A stretch of 61,956 nucleotides of DNA, filler included, from Sphacelaria rigidula (Eukaryota), in the NCBI GenBank assembly GCA_964200075.2. It is 10 parts of 10 records of this genome, joined end to end, with 100 filler letters (N's around TTAATTAATTAA, not from the genome) between each part and the next. Parts side by side here need not be neighbours in the genome. Positions count along the whole stretch, not along the records: positions 12,413 to 18,518 come from CAXNAA020022190.1; positions 18,619 to 24,724 come from CAXNAA020022191.1; positions 24,825 to 30,930 come from CAXNAA020022192.1; 7 more parts are not named here. One strand, 5' to 3'. Made by a program: the position numbers and the translations under genes. A model generated the notes under the pieces. It saw nothing but the letters and a program-made list of their open reading frames with translations. It did no database searches and was not told where the DNA came from. Positions 13,603-26,316 of this stretch are shown here, one piece after another. The first letter of the stretch is position 1; the number at the start of each line of letters is the position of its first letter.

Positions 13603-13883
13603 CTGTGCAACTTTTGTGTGCATCATACCTTGCCTCGACTTCGTTGGATAACAAGCCTTCGCTCTGCACTACGCAGCCAGATTTCGCGGCCCCATACCCA
13701 AGCTTTGTGAAATCTTTTTGTGTTGCATCGCACTGTGCAACTTTCGTGCGCGTCATACGTTGACTCGACTTTGTTGAATAACAAGCCTTCGCTCTGCACT
13801 ACGCAGCCAGATTTCGCGGCCCCATACCCAAGCTTTGTAAAAGCTTTTGTGCTACATCGCACTGTGCAACTTTCGTGCGCATC
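13603..13883 (+). repeat. Tandem repeat, ~130-bp unit, ~2.2 copies
   Basis: Units start with CTGTGCAACTTT at 13603, 13733 and 13862. The core ATAACAAGCCTTCGCTCTGCACTACGCAGCCAGATTTCGCGGCCCCATACCCAAGCTTTGT is identical in both full units. Confidence 0.95.
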
Positions 13884-14357
13884 TGAAAGCGAAAAGTTTC
13901 ATTTGTACACCGCCAGTTGCCCCTCAGCCTGTCCCGTGAAAATACAGTTGTAGTCTGCCTGTGACACACACCCGGAACACGTGTAGGTTTTACGATCATC
14001 ACGTACCAAAGCTGCTGCAGACAATCGGGTCCTCGTTTTTTCTTCGACGACATACGTCTGTTCTGTGCACAATTCCGAGCTCCGTTGATAGCCCTAACCG
14101 TCACAACCTTAATAAAGTTGTACTAACCAGACCCCTGGGATAGTTGTTACATGCAGCAATTCGCTTGAATAAATTGCTCAAGCACATCGGGTCCCACGGT
14201 CCCCCCAGGCGCTATTAGGCTTCATTATCCAGTAATTCCGGATATAAGCTCCGACTTTTGCACGTGGCAGTTCGTTTGTCACGCTCCTTCAATTAGAGCT
14301 CACAGACCAGACATACTGCACCTGCCTTCCTGAAATAAAGGTTGCGTACCAATATCA

Positions 14358-17300
14358 ATGTCGCACAACAATATCGCTGGCTCCTCCCCTCAGTTGGGAA
14401 ACCAATCGCTTCGCCGGACCCGAAGCCAGACTACTAGCGGCTCGAAATCATTTAAGATGACCGGCACGCCACCTTCAACACATCGCCGCACGTATGCGAG
14501 CGCTGTTGGTTCTTCGGGATCTGAAGACCAACATTCGAGCGAAGCTCATTCTTCAAAATTTGAAGACCAGACTTCGACGCCGAGACCTGTTCTCTCACGT
14601 TCCGACTTGGACTCGGAGAACATAGTAGTGCACCCGGCCGAGTCATTGGTTCCTGACGCGCATGTCAGTGAGCCCATAACGGTGGATTCCGTCGCACACC
14701 CCTCGCTGGCCCCTGCTCCCCCGAATCCCAATGTGGAATCCAGAGTTAGGATTGTGCCCTCAGTCGAGTCGTTGCCCCTGGACACACGTGTCCAGCTCGG
14801 CCCTGCCACGGTTGCTTCAACCATGGCACCACGTCGCTTGACGGCTGACAACTCTCGAGACGATTCTGTCCCGACGAAGCGCATCGGTTCTGGAGCAAGA
14901 GACTTTGTCACACGGGCTGCTTCCGTTACGGACCCCCTTCGCACGACTCTTGATAGTCCCATGCGCCCTACTGCGCAGTCCAATGTCGGACCTGCAGTTG
15001 CGGCCATGCATGCTGCCATGCAAACCTGCATCGCACCTCCTCGGCGTCGTCGACATCGCCAGCGTCCGCTCTCATCGAAGTATTTACGGCCTTTTGCCAT
15101 GCAACGCTTCATGATCAATCGGGGTCTGCTCATGTGCAATTCAATGATGATTCCGCACCTGCCACGCCACCCGCACGTCTGGCGTCCCGTTCGGCTACAT
15201 CGCGCCCTCCGTTCGTCACTCATGGTGAATTCAACGAACATGAGTCCAGCCCTTCCTCAACGTCGCAGCAGAGCCCTTCTCGCGCTTCTGACCAACGCCG
15301 CACACTGAGACTTGGTCACGACCACGCCTCCCGTTCTGGCAGTTCTAAAGGCAACTCCCAGCAAGGCGTGAATTCATCGCGCGTTTTTACACCCCCGAAG
15401 AACGTTTCTCGTGGTTCCACTCACGATGGCAGCTCACGTCACAGTTCCAACTCATCACGCGCTCCGAAGCGCCCGGTGAATGCCAACAGACGTACTCACG
15501 AGAATGCCTCGCAGCACAGATCAAGTTCTTCGCGCGTGAACTCGCGCTCGAAAACCCCGGGTCAAGCACCCTCGCACATCTCTCCTGCTCAGCATCTGTC
15601 ACACAGCCGTCATGCACGCAATGATACTACTGTACATGCTGACGATATCCAAAATATATTTTCGGACATGTCACCGGCTCCGGCATCCTCAATTACAGGA
15701 TCCGACCGAACTTCATCACACAACCGACGACAACGCACTGACCGCGAACCGCCGTCCCGTTCCGACGCTTATTTGTTCTTTGCAACAACGATTGACAGAT
15801 CTTGAACGGCAACTTGCAACAGCTACTATGGATGCCAAAAACACCACCGCCGCTGCTGCTGCCAGCAAGAACATTCGCGTTCCCGCAGCTACTGCTGCCG
15901 CTACTGCGACTGCTGCGCCTCCAGCCGCCCCTGCGCTGGCCCATACCGCCGCCGCCGCTCCGCCAGCTATTGACACGGATGCCGATAGCGGCCCCACCAC
16001 GGCCCCTGTGCGCTCTCCCTCATCCGTGGAGATTCTTCCACCGCTTGGCGACGAGCATTGCACCACCGGGCTTCTGCTCAGACTATTCAAGGACCGCCCC
16101 CGCACGGAACAGGAACGCCTGATTGCGGATTATGCATTTCAGGCGCCTGCGCTGGCCCAGGATATTCTCGAACAACAACGCGCCGCCGACGCCGCCGCCG
16201 CTGCACGCCTCCTTCTGGAGGAGCACGCAGACAAACTCAAGGACCTCCGGCGGCAGGCCTCCTTGGCTCAATCTACCAGCACAGCGGCTCAACGGGCACT
16301 CGAGGAAGGCCATGCGGCGGCTATGGCAGCTCAAAGACAGGTTCGCCAACTCGAAGATCACGTCCGGTGGACCACCCAAGTAGCGGCCTCGTCGGTGGCC
16401 CGCCTCAGTGACCATCAAGCCGCTCCGCCTTCCGCCGACCACGTACTCAGACCCCACCTGTCGGCGCCCGACAGAGCGATGTACGTCATCCCTCGCAAGT
16501 CCGACAGGGCTTCATCTGTCGCGGCCACCGCTGCCCCCACGCCGCCTTGTGCATCTAGCCCCGCGGTCCCTGCCGCCCCCGCCATGAGTCTGCAACTAGC
16601 CCCGCACGAACAAGTGTGGCTGTCTCGGTCGGCGTCCGACTATACCGGCCCCTTCAGACACCGTAACCACCTCAACTGCTCCCGCCCTGCGTGGAATCTT
16701 GTTTCTCAACGCATGTTAGCCGTCGTTGCTGATTATGTGGATCAAGGTGGTTTTTTCCCAGATGAAGATGTGTCGGGGATAACCATGGGCCAATTGGTCC
16801 TTCTCGCGACTATTGGCGATGGTCCGAACATCCAGCGCTACGTTAAACACATCACCAAACTTTTTACGGCGCTGCGCGCCGCTTCTGACTCTCCTCCCGG
16901 CGCCACTACGAACGGAAACGAAGATGACGATATGTGGACTCCCGCGACATCCACCTGTCGGGCACAAAAGAAATATCACCGCAGCGACGACGATGATAAT
17001 GATGGAGGGAATTCACGCCGCCGCCAGGGCGGAGGAGGATCTTCTTCGGGCGGTTCCGGATCGAACCGCCCGCCCCGCAAGTCGAAAGGCAAGCACACCG
17101 GAGGCAACTCCGCCGGCTCATCCGCATCGGCCTGGAACCGGTCCGGTGCAGCTCTTTCCGCCTCGGGCTCGGAGACCCCCAGGCAAGTGGTTCTTAAGTT
17201 GGCCGATGTTTCGGCTCGCATTTTAGGTTTGTCTGATATGGATGCACCTGACCGTCCTTTGTCTTCTGCTGCAGCCCGCGCTTTAGCAATCGCCGCGGCT

Positions 17301-18518
17301 GACAAAGAACGTTCAGAAGCTAGCAAAAAGCAGCTTCCGATCGAGCTGAGTCTACCCGAGTAGCTGCAATACAGAAACAGTATATTCAGATGGATGTGAA
17401 AAAACTCTGGCACATCAAAACCATGCCTGCCGCGGATAACGAAGATTCGGGCCAGTTTACTTCTGCCCTTATTACGTCAATCCGCCGCACTGTTTGTAAC
17501 ATCCTTCACTTGGCGGATGTGACTGGCACACAACGTTTCGAAGACTCAGACTGGGTAGAGGGCTGGCAGACTCTCTTGCACAGAGCAATGAATCGCTCGA
17601 TCAGTCGCCGCTCTCCCGACCTTGCTGCTTCCTTGACGCAGGTGCTCGACGGATTCCTCGCGGAGATGGATTCGGATCGTTCCCAAGGGAAGACAGGCCC
17701 GCAATTACTCTCTGATTTGGAAAGGCGTCTCATAGGTTACTTTGATAAACGTGATCAAGCCAGCGTCATCCAGAGGCTGAGCTCTTTTGTCGTCGCATCT
17801 GATGCCCCCTTCGCGGATTATCTCCGCGAATTTAAGCTTTTGGTTTCGGGTACGACGGGTGTCGGACGCCAGAATAGACCGAGCGATGCAATGTGTCAGA
17901 CTTACGTTCGCAATAGCGTTGCTTAACAGTATCCGGCTCTGATGCCGTCGTTGTTTCCGGTTGTCTTGGCGCATCGCGAGGTGCCCTACGCCTCCGTTGA
18001 TACTATGTGGTCTGCTTTTGTACACCAGGAGAGTAATCTAACACCTGCCATACGGGGCAAACCTTCAACGTCTGCGCGTTCACAACCTACGGTTGTGTCC
18101 TCCGCTCATGCCCAAGGGGCTCGCGGCAGGAATTCGAGCTCGTCTCGCGCTTCATGGACCCCCGACTCAGTCGCCGGTTCAATTATGCATGTTCAGAGTA
18201 CCAGAGATGCATTTAGCGCGAGTTTTAACGGTTGGGGGTTTTCCGAGGAAACTTGGGAGGATGTTTATCTGACTTCAACCACGGCATTCATAACCGATGA
18301 CCCCCATTTGTGGAACCCACTTATTTCGTCTTCCGCTAGACGCAATGCCTTCAGCAGTCATGCCAACAGTTGTATCAACTGTAGTGTTCAAGGCCACAGC
18401 ATGCGCGACTGTGACAGTCCATGCATCAATGCCTTTGATCTCATGAACCCTGAATTGCAGGACAATGAACCTGCGTGGCGCCGATGGCAAAAACGCATGC
18501 GCGATTATCGTCCACCAA
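14358..18518 (+). mobile_element. gag: Decayed LTR-retrotransposon gag (probably Gypsy/Ty3), cut by the contig end
   Basis: Chain of + ORFs (14358, 15134, 15612, 17390, 17942) joined by frameshifts and one in-frame TAA (17924-17926). Capsid-like segment FADYLREFKLLV; CCHC knuckle CINCSVQGHSMRDC at 18371-18412. Confidence 0.75.
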
Positions 18519-18618
18519 NNNNNNNNNNNNNNNNNNNNNNNNNNNNNNNNNNNNNNNNNNNNTTAATTAATTAANNNNNNNNNNNNNNNNNNNNNNNNNN
18601 NNNNNNNNNNNNNNNNNN
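18519..18618. other. Artificial contig linker
   Basis: N44-TTAATTAATTAA-N44. Confidence 0.99.
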
Positions 18619-20004
18619 CCCCCCCCCCCACCTCCTCACCCCCGCCCCGCCTATGTGCTATGCAGAGCTCGGTTGGACAATTGTTTCTCAATTTTCTCAT
18701 GTAGTATCCGTCCTTGGCGCTTCAAACTCCTAGCATCGATAGATTTTGGGAAGAGAAGCAGGTTGTGCCCAGAATACACTCCTCAATTGGTAATGTCCGG
18801 GTGATACGGAGTATGTTCCTTGTTCATCAAGGGTTGTTATCGTCGTCCATAACTGGTTCGACAAACAGAGGTTTTCGGCTCTAGCGCGATCAAAAGGTGC
18901 TTGCTTGAAAAAAATTATCACTTTTCTTTTGTTTACGAAAACGATTGAGAGTGCTTTAATCGAGCAAAAATACTCAAGGATCACAATCTGGTGCTGGGTA
19001 GTCTCAGGACTCCCGAAAACCGGTCAGCCCGTAAGTCGTTCAATAATGACTGCAGATGAGATCGTATATCGAAATGTGGAGAGGATGGCTAGTATTCCCC
19101 GATTCACAGACTTCGAGATTAAACACTCGGATGAGCGGTGGCACGCGAAACACTTTAGCATATGCCCGACTACGTGAAAACCACCAAAATCTCCTATTCC
19201 CGACGGTGGAAATCATATATCCCAAGGAAAACAAGTGCATCTGGCGGGAAACGACCCCACGTTCTCGTCACCGTGACGGTGACAGTCTGATCATTAGACC
19301 ACCGGGGCACTTTTTTCACGCGAAGACACTAAAACGGCGATGTGCGGCTCAATATATCATATCTCGGAATGAGACCTCTGCCACCATAGAAAACGCACTC
19401 ATATCTACCTTTTTACCGTTGTCTCTTTTTTTTTTCTCTCGCTTATTTGAGGGGGTTCGAAAATAGCGCAAAACATTGATTCACCCGAAGTTAGGGGGAA
19501 AAAACCAAGGTAAAATTAGACAGCGGTGGTACAGTAGGCCTACTTGTTGTTTCGCTGATGTCAAAAGTTCACCCCAAAACTAGAAAAATCGAGCGGCGCA
19601 TTTTCTGTGGACTGTGGCGACAGAGCCTTGGCCGACCCATCTCGTATTCATCTGGATTATGGACATCCATCTGGAATATGGGTATCCATCTGGGATGCGA
19701 AATCACGAATGGAAGTTCATCTGGGATAGACCAAGTAAAGGCTTTATCATCATGCAAGACCGAGCCAGAGAGTGGCTGCTACACGTAATATACGGTACAA
19801 ATAACTTGAAGACTGCGCAGTTTCGTCAGACCGACAACCTGCAAGCCGTTTCCCACCGTTTTCGTCGACAGACGCAGTTTTTGTTTTGTCTCCGAAGAAT
19901 GAGTCGTCTCTCTGTTCTCCATTTCGGAGACCATTCCCTGTATTATGCACTTCTGACCTGAGCTATAAACGATTCGATCAACGCACCACAAAATACATGA
20001 TACC

Positions 20005-20832
20005 TCACCCCCGGGAACAACATGTCGTGTGTAACTTGACAATCTGACAATAAGATCCAGCGACATCTGTGCTTTTGCAGAAATCCGTCACTTTCGTTGC
20101 CGAAACCAACCAGTTCTCAAACGCGGGCAATCGAAGCACACGAGGCCGATGTTGTGGTTTGATGTTTCGAAGTAATCCGTACACATTTCGCCGGATATGT
20201 TGGTGTTGGATTAACAAAAAACCTAGTGCATATTTTCCCGGCCATCGCGGGCTTCAATGTTTGTTCGAGGTCCTTCGATAAAGTACTTCTGCGTACAAGC
20301 CAAATGGGCGAAATACAAGAAGGAAATGGTTTGCGTTCTGGGAAAAGGCGAAAGTGTTTTCTTTTTCATACCCACGTCGTTTACTCTACGATTTTCGTCC
20401 ATGAGAGTCGAGTGTAGACAGAAGGGGAGGGGGGTGTACTCATGATATTGCGTACCATAGCCAGAAGATGATTGACCTGGTATCCCTACGAAGCCGGGAC
20501 GGAGCAGGCCGGATGTTCGCCGTACCAAGCTCGCACTCAATCATCAAGCGTGAACGCCGTGATGTGTTAGGCGAGTCGCATGAAGGGTGAGCTGCATCCT
20601 GCTGAGATTCTTCGGCCCAAAGCGTACTAATTATCTTGCATTTGGATGACAGCCAACAATGAGTTGCTTCATTTTTTGGCATCGCCACTTCCAGAGACAG
20701 CCACGGCTTACACACTGCCTCACGGGCATCTATCTCATCATTCCAACACCACGTAGTACGACCATCCCCTTTGCGCGAAGTTGAGGCTCTCCCACCCCGC
20801 ACAATATGTTTTGGCTCCACCATTATGGTCAC
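20005..20832 (-). mobile_element. Possible Mutator/MULE transposase remnant
   Basis: Broken frames give CVSRGCLWKWRCQK (MuDR-like CxxxGCxW) and YGLLRNIKPQHRPRVLRLPAFENWL. G-rich terminus-like motifs GGGG(T)GTACTCATGAT at ~20431 and ~20944. Confidence 0.3.
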
Positions 20833-21496
20833 CGCAAAAAACGCAAGCGAGAGAAAAAAATAACCTGGCTGTCTAGCTTGCAGTTAGTCGCGTCTTTTAC
20901 GGCGTCATTGCTTAAAGGGAATTAAGGGAAAGAGGGGGGGGGGGGGGTACTCATGATCGTGACAAAAGGGAGGGGGAGGATAAGAAGGGCGAAATATCTC
21001 AGTTCGTTCCGCGGAACGCCTTTCGATAATTTTCGTTTTTACTAGCGCTGCGGAGAGTTTGACGTTACCTGTTGTCGAGAAACCGTCGATGCTGGGTATG
21101 ACCACCATATGAAGCAGGGGGCACTTCAAACGCTCTTCAGAGGGAGAGACGTCCACGTTTCCCCGCTTACTGCGGGCCTACTAATTTTTCATCGTTTCAC
21201 CCACCCTCTATGGTTGCACGACCAATGATATGGCTGCTATGAATATCACGTGACACCGTTAATCGCTAGGAAACCTCGGTGGGAGGGGGGGGGCGTACGA
21301 AACCTCGGTGGGGAGCGACGTTCCGACTTTGTCTCATGCTCAGGACATATTCCTACGTTGCCACTAGTACGGCTCGTGTTAGGTTACAGTGGATACTCGC
21401 CGGTTCAAAGCATTTGCGTGGTAACCTACAAACTCTCAAGGACACGAGTATGCAATGACGTGGCGCGGTGTTGCTCGAGTTGAAAGGATGGTTCTA

Positions 21497-21710
21497 CGGA
21501 AGGGGTGCACTTCTTTGGCCAACTCTTACCTGAAGAACATAAACATTGTGCGACTAAAACGACGATAAATCTAATAATTTGAAAAGTTTGCCTGCTAGAG
21601 GATCGCCCCACGTTCAGCGCGACTTCGATTTTGTATACTACTGTGACATCATTACTGGCGAATGCCTAATCCAGCACACCTACCCGGAAATTTATTTTGC
21701 ACCCCTACCG
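21497..21710. mobile_element. TA-flanked MITE (Tc1/mariner type), 214 bp
   Basis: TA|CGGAAGGGGTGCA ... TGCACCCCTACCG|TA; TIRs match at 12/13. Confidence 0.7.
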
Positions 21711-22721
21711 TATAAGCACTGAAATATGATATATATTTCCTTCTGCACGGAGTTGTTGCGCACCCGGGCGGCCAGAGTCATGTACATTTGGACCCAGATG
21801 TATTTAATTCAGGGGCTCCCAAAGTTAGGAGCTACTCAAAAATATGGGTCGCGACACTACCGTTTTGAAATTCGTTCAGGATACCCCTACAGGTTGGTTC
21901 ACGCTTCGACCCAAAGCTCACTACTCAGCACATGCCTTCCGCGATACCTACCCAATTGTCGGATGCATGGTATCGTACTGGCCGCCACGGACAACTGAAG
22001 AAGGTGCGAAGGTAGCATGGCCGGAGTTGTGTTGACGACCATAGTGGTGGCGCCAGGGGCGAATGAAGGGAAAAATGGCACCTCGATCAATCAGCGGCCG
22101 AAGAAATTGTTCTGAATTCACAATGCGAATTCCCAACCCAATTTCTACCTAATCTCAAAAATGGTTGGCACTAGAGTAACCGTAACCGGCTCGAGAACCT
22201 GATGGAAATAAAAATATGTGAAAATAGTTCCCATGGGATCGAATTATACCCCAAATCGTGGTATTTCGGTGGTGTAGGGTTTTGGCGTTGTCGGATTTCC
22301 ACTGACGGTACGCACCGAAGACCCAGGAAGGTCCCTCACGACTTTCCCCATGTCTTACGTAGGATAGCTCTGACCGCCCTCAAACCTGACACTTCGATGA
22401 GTATCGATGACAAACAATTCATGGTCGAGAATATATCAATGTTTCTCCGCCCATTATCGGCATACGGGGGTCCGTACGTGAAGACCTCCAGAAGCCGGTA
22501 CATGATGCATAAGAGTAAAAATAGTTATTTATTTTCATCCCGGCGTATTCCACAGAATATTTGTACGAAGACTCGTTGTGTGACTAGATTGACTGATGCA
22601 CTTGGATAATTTTCACATCAAATGTGCACGAAGAAGTCGTTTCAACACTGAAACGACATTGGGTAGGAGGAGTATGTACCTTTTGATCTCCCTTTGCCCG
22701 ACAAAGGACTAACCTTTACGA

Positions 22722-22978
22722 CGATTCTTGGAGTTAGATTCTGAAAAATTGCACACAGGTGCTATGGATCATCTCAAAACTTCCGAAGAATGCTTTTTTC
22801 GTTTGTTTTGTTTATTTCGTAGGTTTCTGTCCAAGAATAGCATGTTTCTCCGCAGGGCCCTGGGACCCCCGATAACCGACAAAAAAACAAAAAGATGAAA
22901 GACCTATCATGCCTCAAAACTTTTGAAATGACCTATAGCACATATGCGTGTGTTTTCAGATTCTAACTCCAAGAATCG
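22722..22978. repeat. Imperfect ~260-bp palindrome (MITE-like)
   Basis: Perfect 17-bp outer IR CGATTCTTGGAGTTAGA / TCTAACTCCAAGAATCG. Complementarity continues inward (GCTATGGATCATCTCAAAAC vs TTTTGAAATGACCTATAGC). Confidence 0.8.
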
Positions 22979-24724
22979 GCGCAAACATGAGCGGATGAGT
23001 GATTTTTGGATCGAAAGCGTAAACCAGCCTTTAGCTCATCGGACTGGTAATCGTGACGTGATCTCACACATGCCATGTATCGGTTTTCGCATGAGACGAG
23101 GGGCTCCTCACAATTCAATCCCGAGGAATGATTTATGAATCCATCCTGTGGCGCCACGTGCCACATGTAACGAGTTTGGTATTGAAATTTCCCAAAAACA
23201 ACGCTGCAGCGTATTCACCCCCTCATCGTGCCCTGGACGCACTATGTACACTCCCGCAGAGGGCAATATTCCACCATCAAACCGGTATTTAGCACTCAAT
23301 CACTCACGTCTTGCCCCCCTGAACGGTTTCACTGTTGCATCTCTCCCCCCTCGTCAGCTCTTCACCTACACGCTGCCAGAAAAGAGTATCATGGGCAACC
23401 ATAGCCGCGGACGTTCGAGCAGAGAGCAATGGTACAGCAGCTGCGGATGAAACAATGAGCCGGCCCACTACTTCTTGGGAGAACCGGGCGTCCGTTACGA
23501 GATCAGATTGTGCGGCGGAGCAGCGCCCAGCTATTGCTGATATTATCGCTGTTCCAGAGACAACGCGTGTGACAACGTGAGAAACATTACCATGGATATG
23601 AGAGATTCATACGAATATCTTACACGCACGAAAAACATTACCGCGTACGTAAAACGGAAACGTACCAATTTACTTCTGATCATTGTTCAGGGTGCATTGC
23701 CATTTCTATGGCAACGTCACAAAATCACAGTTTCCCTACTGTAAACAGTCTCCCGTAGATCCGTGAAGGTCGATGCCACCCCAAAAGCAGGGGGGTGCCG
23801 CCACGTCTTATTGATCGTATGGCTGTCGACCACACGCCTAAGTAGGCGTTTTTTTGTTAAAGATATTCACACGTGCGTATTCCTGCGGATATTACTCGCT
23901 CCGGTGGTCTCGTGACCATGAAGTGGGGCTGTTTCTGCTGCAGGATACTTGCAGTGAAAAGGATATTCAATGACTGATAGATAGACAGGGTCGAAACGCG
24001 TAAAAAATAATCGGGCCCGGCGCCAACAGTACGTTACCTCTTCTGCACGAGGCGCGCAAAGCGTAGACCCCAGCTTATGTAGGTGATGATTGGTTGCGTC
24101 GTTGACGATGGACGGTTGCGTATCTCGACCTCATCTTCCGCACATCGTAGGCGAGATGCTCAAACGAAGGACTTCAACTACAGCAGCCTCAACAGCAAGC
24201 TCAGGTGCAATCGCCAGGTCAGTGCACGTTGTGCCAACATGCTGCAAGCTCAAGGCTCTGACACTGTTGCACCCGATGGACACGCGTTCACATCGATCAT
24301 TGACGTGCGCTGACGTGGAAAGAGGAGGGTCGGATATGGGGTCATCTCAAAGCACCTGTGACCGTGTCCGACTTTCCGACACATTGAACCGTAGCAAGAT
24401 TTGGAACCTACGTATTCACACACTTTTTTTCGTCACACTGTCAACCCCCCCCCACCCCTCACCCCCCCCGCAGGACGAGCTCGTGGTCAAAAGGTATGAA
24501 ACCATCTCTCCCGGTACACGCCTTGCATGTTGATTTCGCGGGACGGATCAGCACTTCCGCACCGCGTCAACTCTCCTTAATCAGTCAAACTCTTTTCTTC
24601 TGCTCGCGTCCTCACGATTTTCACGTCGGAAATACGATATTTCGAAGAAAATTCCACGGTTAGGACAAATAATGATTCGTCAGGAAATTACTTGGTTTTA
24701 GTATACTAAGTTGACTCGTGATGA

Positions 24725-24824
24725 NNNNNNNNNNNNNNNNNNNNNNNNNNNNNNNNNNNNNNNNNNNNTTAATTAATTAANNNNNNNNNNNNNNNNNNNN
24801 NNNNNNNNNNNNNNNNNNNNNNNN
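24725..24824. other. Artificial contig linker
   Basis: N44-TTAATTAATTAA-N44. Confidence 0.99.
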
Positions 24825-24844
24825 TGGATCAATACCGCTCTACC

Positions 24845-26316
24845 GTGCTGCCTTACTCCGGTTGCAACCTAAGACAAGCGCGACGCAAGTTTGGAAGGAT
24901 GTCTGACACACTTATGGGCCTCGTTTTTCGTGCAACCAAATACCCCCCCCCCTATCGTAGGATGACTCTGAACCATACGATGGCACAAATGCTTGCTGCT
25001 GTGGTGATTGGGAGACAGGTGGACTGGGATCTGCATCTTCCCCTTGTCCGAATGAAGTATAAAAATTCAGTCACTGCCGCTACGGGATTGGCACCGAATG
25101 AAATTCATATTGATCGCATGCCTAGGTTACCTTTAACGGTATTCGATCGCAAAAATACAGGCGGGCATCAGAGTCTCGATCGTGATGTTGTGGGGTGTCA
25201 TGAGTTGGTTAGCAACCGTCTTCGCCTTGCATATGAAGTGGTACGAGAACAAAACCAAATGAATTTGGCCAAGGTGGCCAGCGCGAACTCGGCGTTGAAT
25301 GATGTGGTACATAATCGCCCGGTGTGGACGGTAGGCCAATGGAAAGGGGTATATAACGATATAAAGACCATCGATCAAGGGGCTAGCTCAAAATCATCCT
25401 CTTTGGGAAAAGTGTTGAAGGCGAAACTTTCCTTGAATTGGACTGGCCCTTGGGAAATTTTGGCTGTCGGTCCAAGCGCTACCACACCCGACAAGAGTCC
25501 GGTGGGAGCGAAACTTTTTATTTAGATTTTCCCACGGATGAACCTGGTTTGAAACCGAAAAATTGCGTCTCGATGCTACGATGCAAACCGTGTATCTCCC
25601 CTCATGACTCCTCTGGCATGCCCGAACAACTGCCGCTAGGGCTTAGCCAGTCTGTGTTGACTAAGTATGCGATCAAACCTCCGCCGTATCATATGACGGT
25701 CGAGGATGCGGACACACCCCTAGAATTTGTTACGTTAGGTCGAATTTTGGGCCATTAACTGGTCCGCGGCCGTGGTGGTAAGATAGCGGTAATGTATCAA
25801 ACATATTGCAAGAGAATCATGCGTGTTACATGGGAGAGTGAAGTTGACTTGCGTCATTTTCGTTGGGAAATATTGCTGTACTGGGTAGGAGATGCCGTTC
25901 AACACCGCCCGTTGAATAAGAGGTATCAGCCTATGCGCAAGGGAGCTGCCGCTCGGGAACTGGGACGTGAGCACTCAACGCGGTTTTTCATAACAGGATA
26001 TAGCCTTCTTTCGCGTTCACAGTACATGCAGTCGTTTCACGGACGTTTGCTGAAGGAGGCGTATTTTTGGTATAAGGCCTTGGATTCACGGTGGTGGTTA
26101 GGTGAGATTTATTGGATCGACCCTGCATCTGACAACTCCTACTTCATCCGCTTCCTCGATGACCCGAGCCCCCTTAAGATTCGCTTGGATGATGCCTACT
26201 ACACCGAGGTATCGACCGCCCGCCGGAGATCTTGGTGCCTCCAACGACACGACCAAGGCGATCTCGACACAGCCGTTCTACGCAACACGGACATCGCTTG
26301 GGATGCAGACAACTGA
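24845..26316 (+). mobile_element. pol: Decayed Gypsy/Ty3 pol C-terminus: integrase end, GPY/F motif, chromodomain, extra C-terminal domain
   Basis: NHTMAQML...DWDLHLP...NSVTAATGLAPNEI (integrase), KLSLNWTGPWEIL (GPY/F), RILGH*LVRGRGGKIAVMYQTY...TWESEVDL (chromo-like). One frameshift near 25520 and one in-frame TAA at 25756-25758. Confidence 0.88.

Noticed and set aside
13603..13883. CRISPR array
   Set aside because: Whole 130-bp units are duplicated with no unique spacers, there are no cas genes, and the context is eukaryotic.
24083..24313. Pentatricopeptide repeat fragment (VAPDGHAFTSIID)
   Set aside because: One partial, broken motif with no tandem repeats or clear splice sites.
14358..26316. 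Joining the gag (contig 3) and the integrase (contig 5) into one retroelement
   Set aside because: They are on different contigs separated by artificial linkers. They may be related families, but linkage is not shown.
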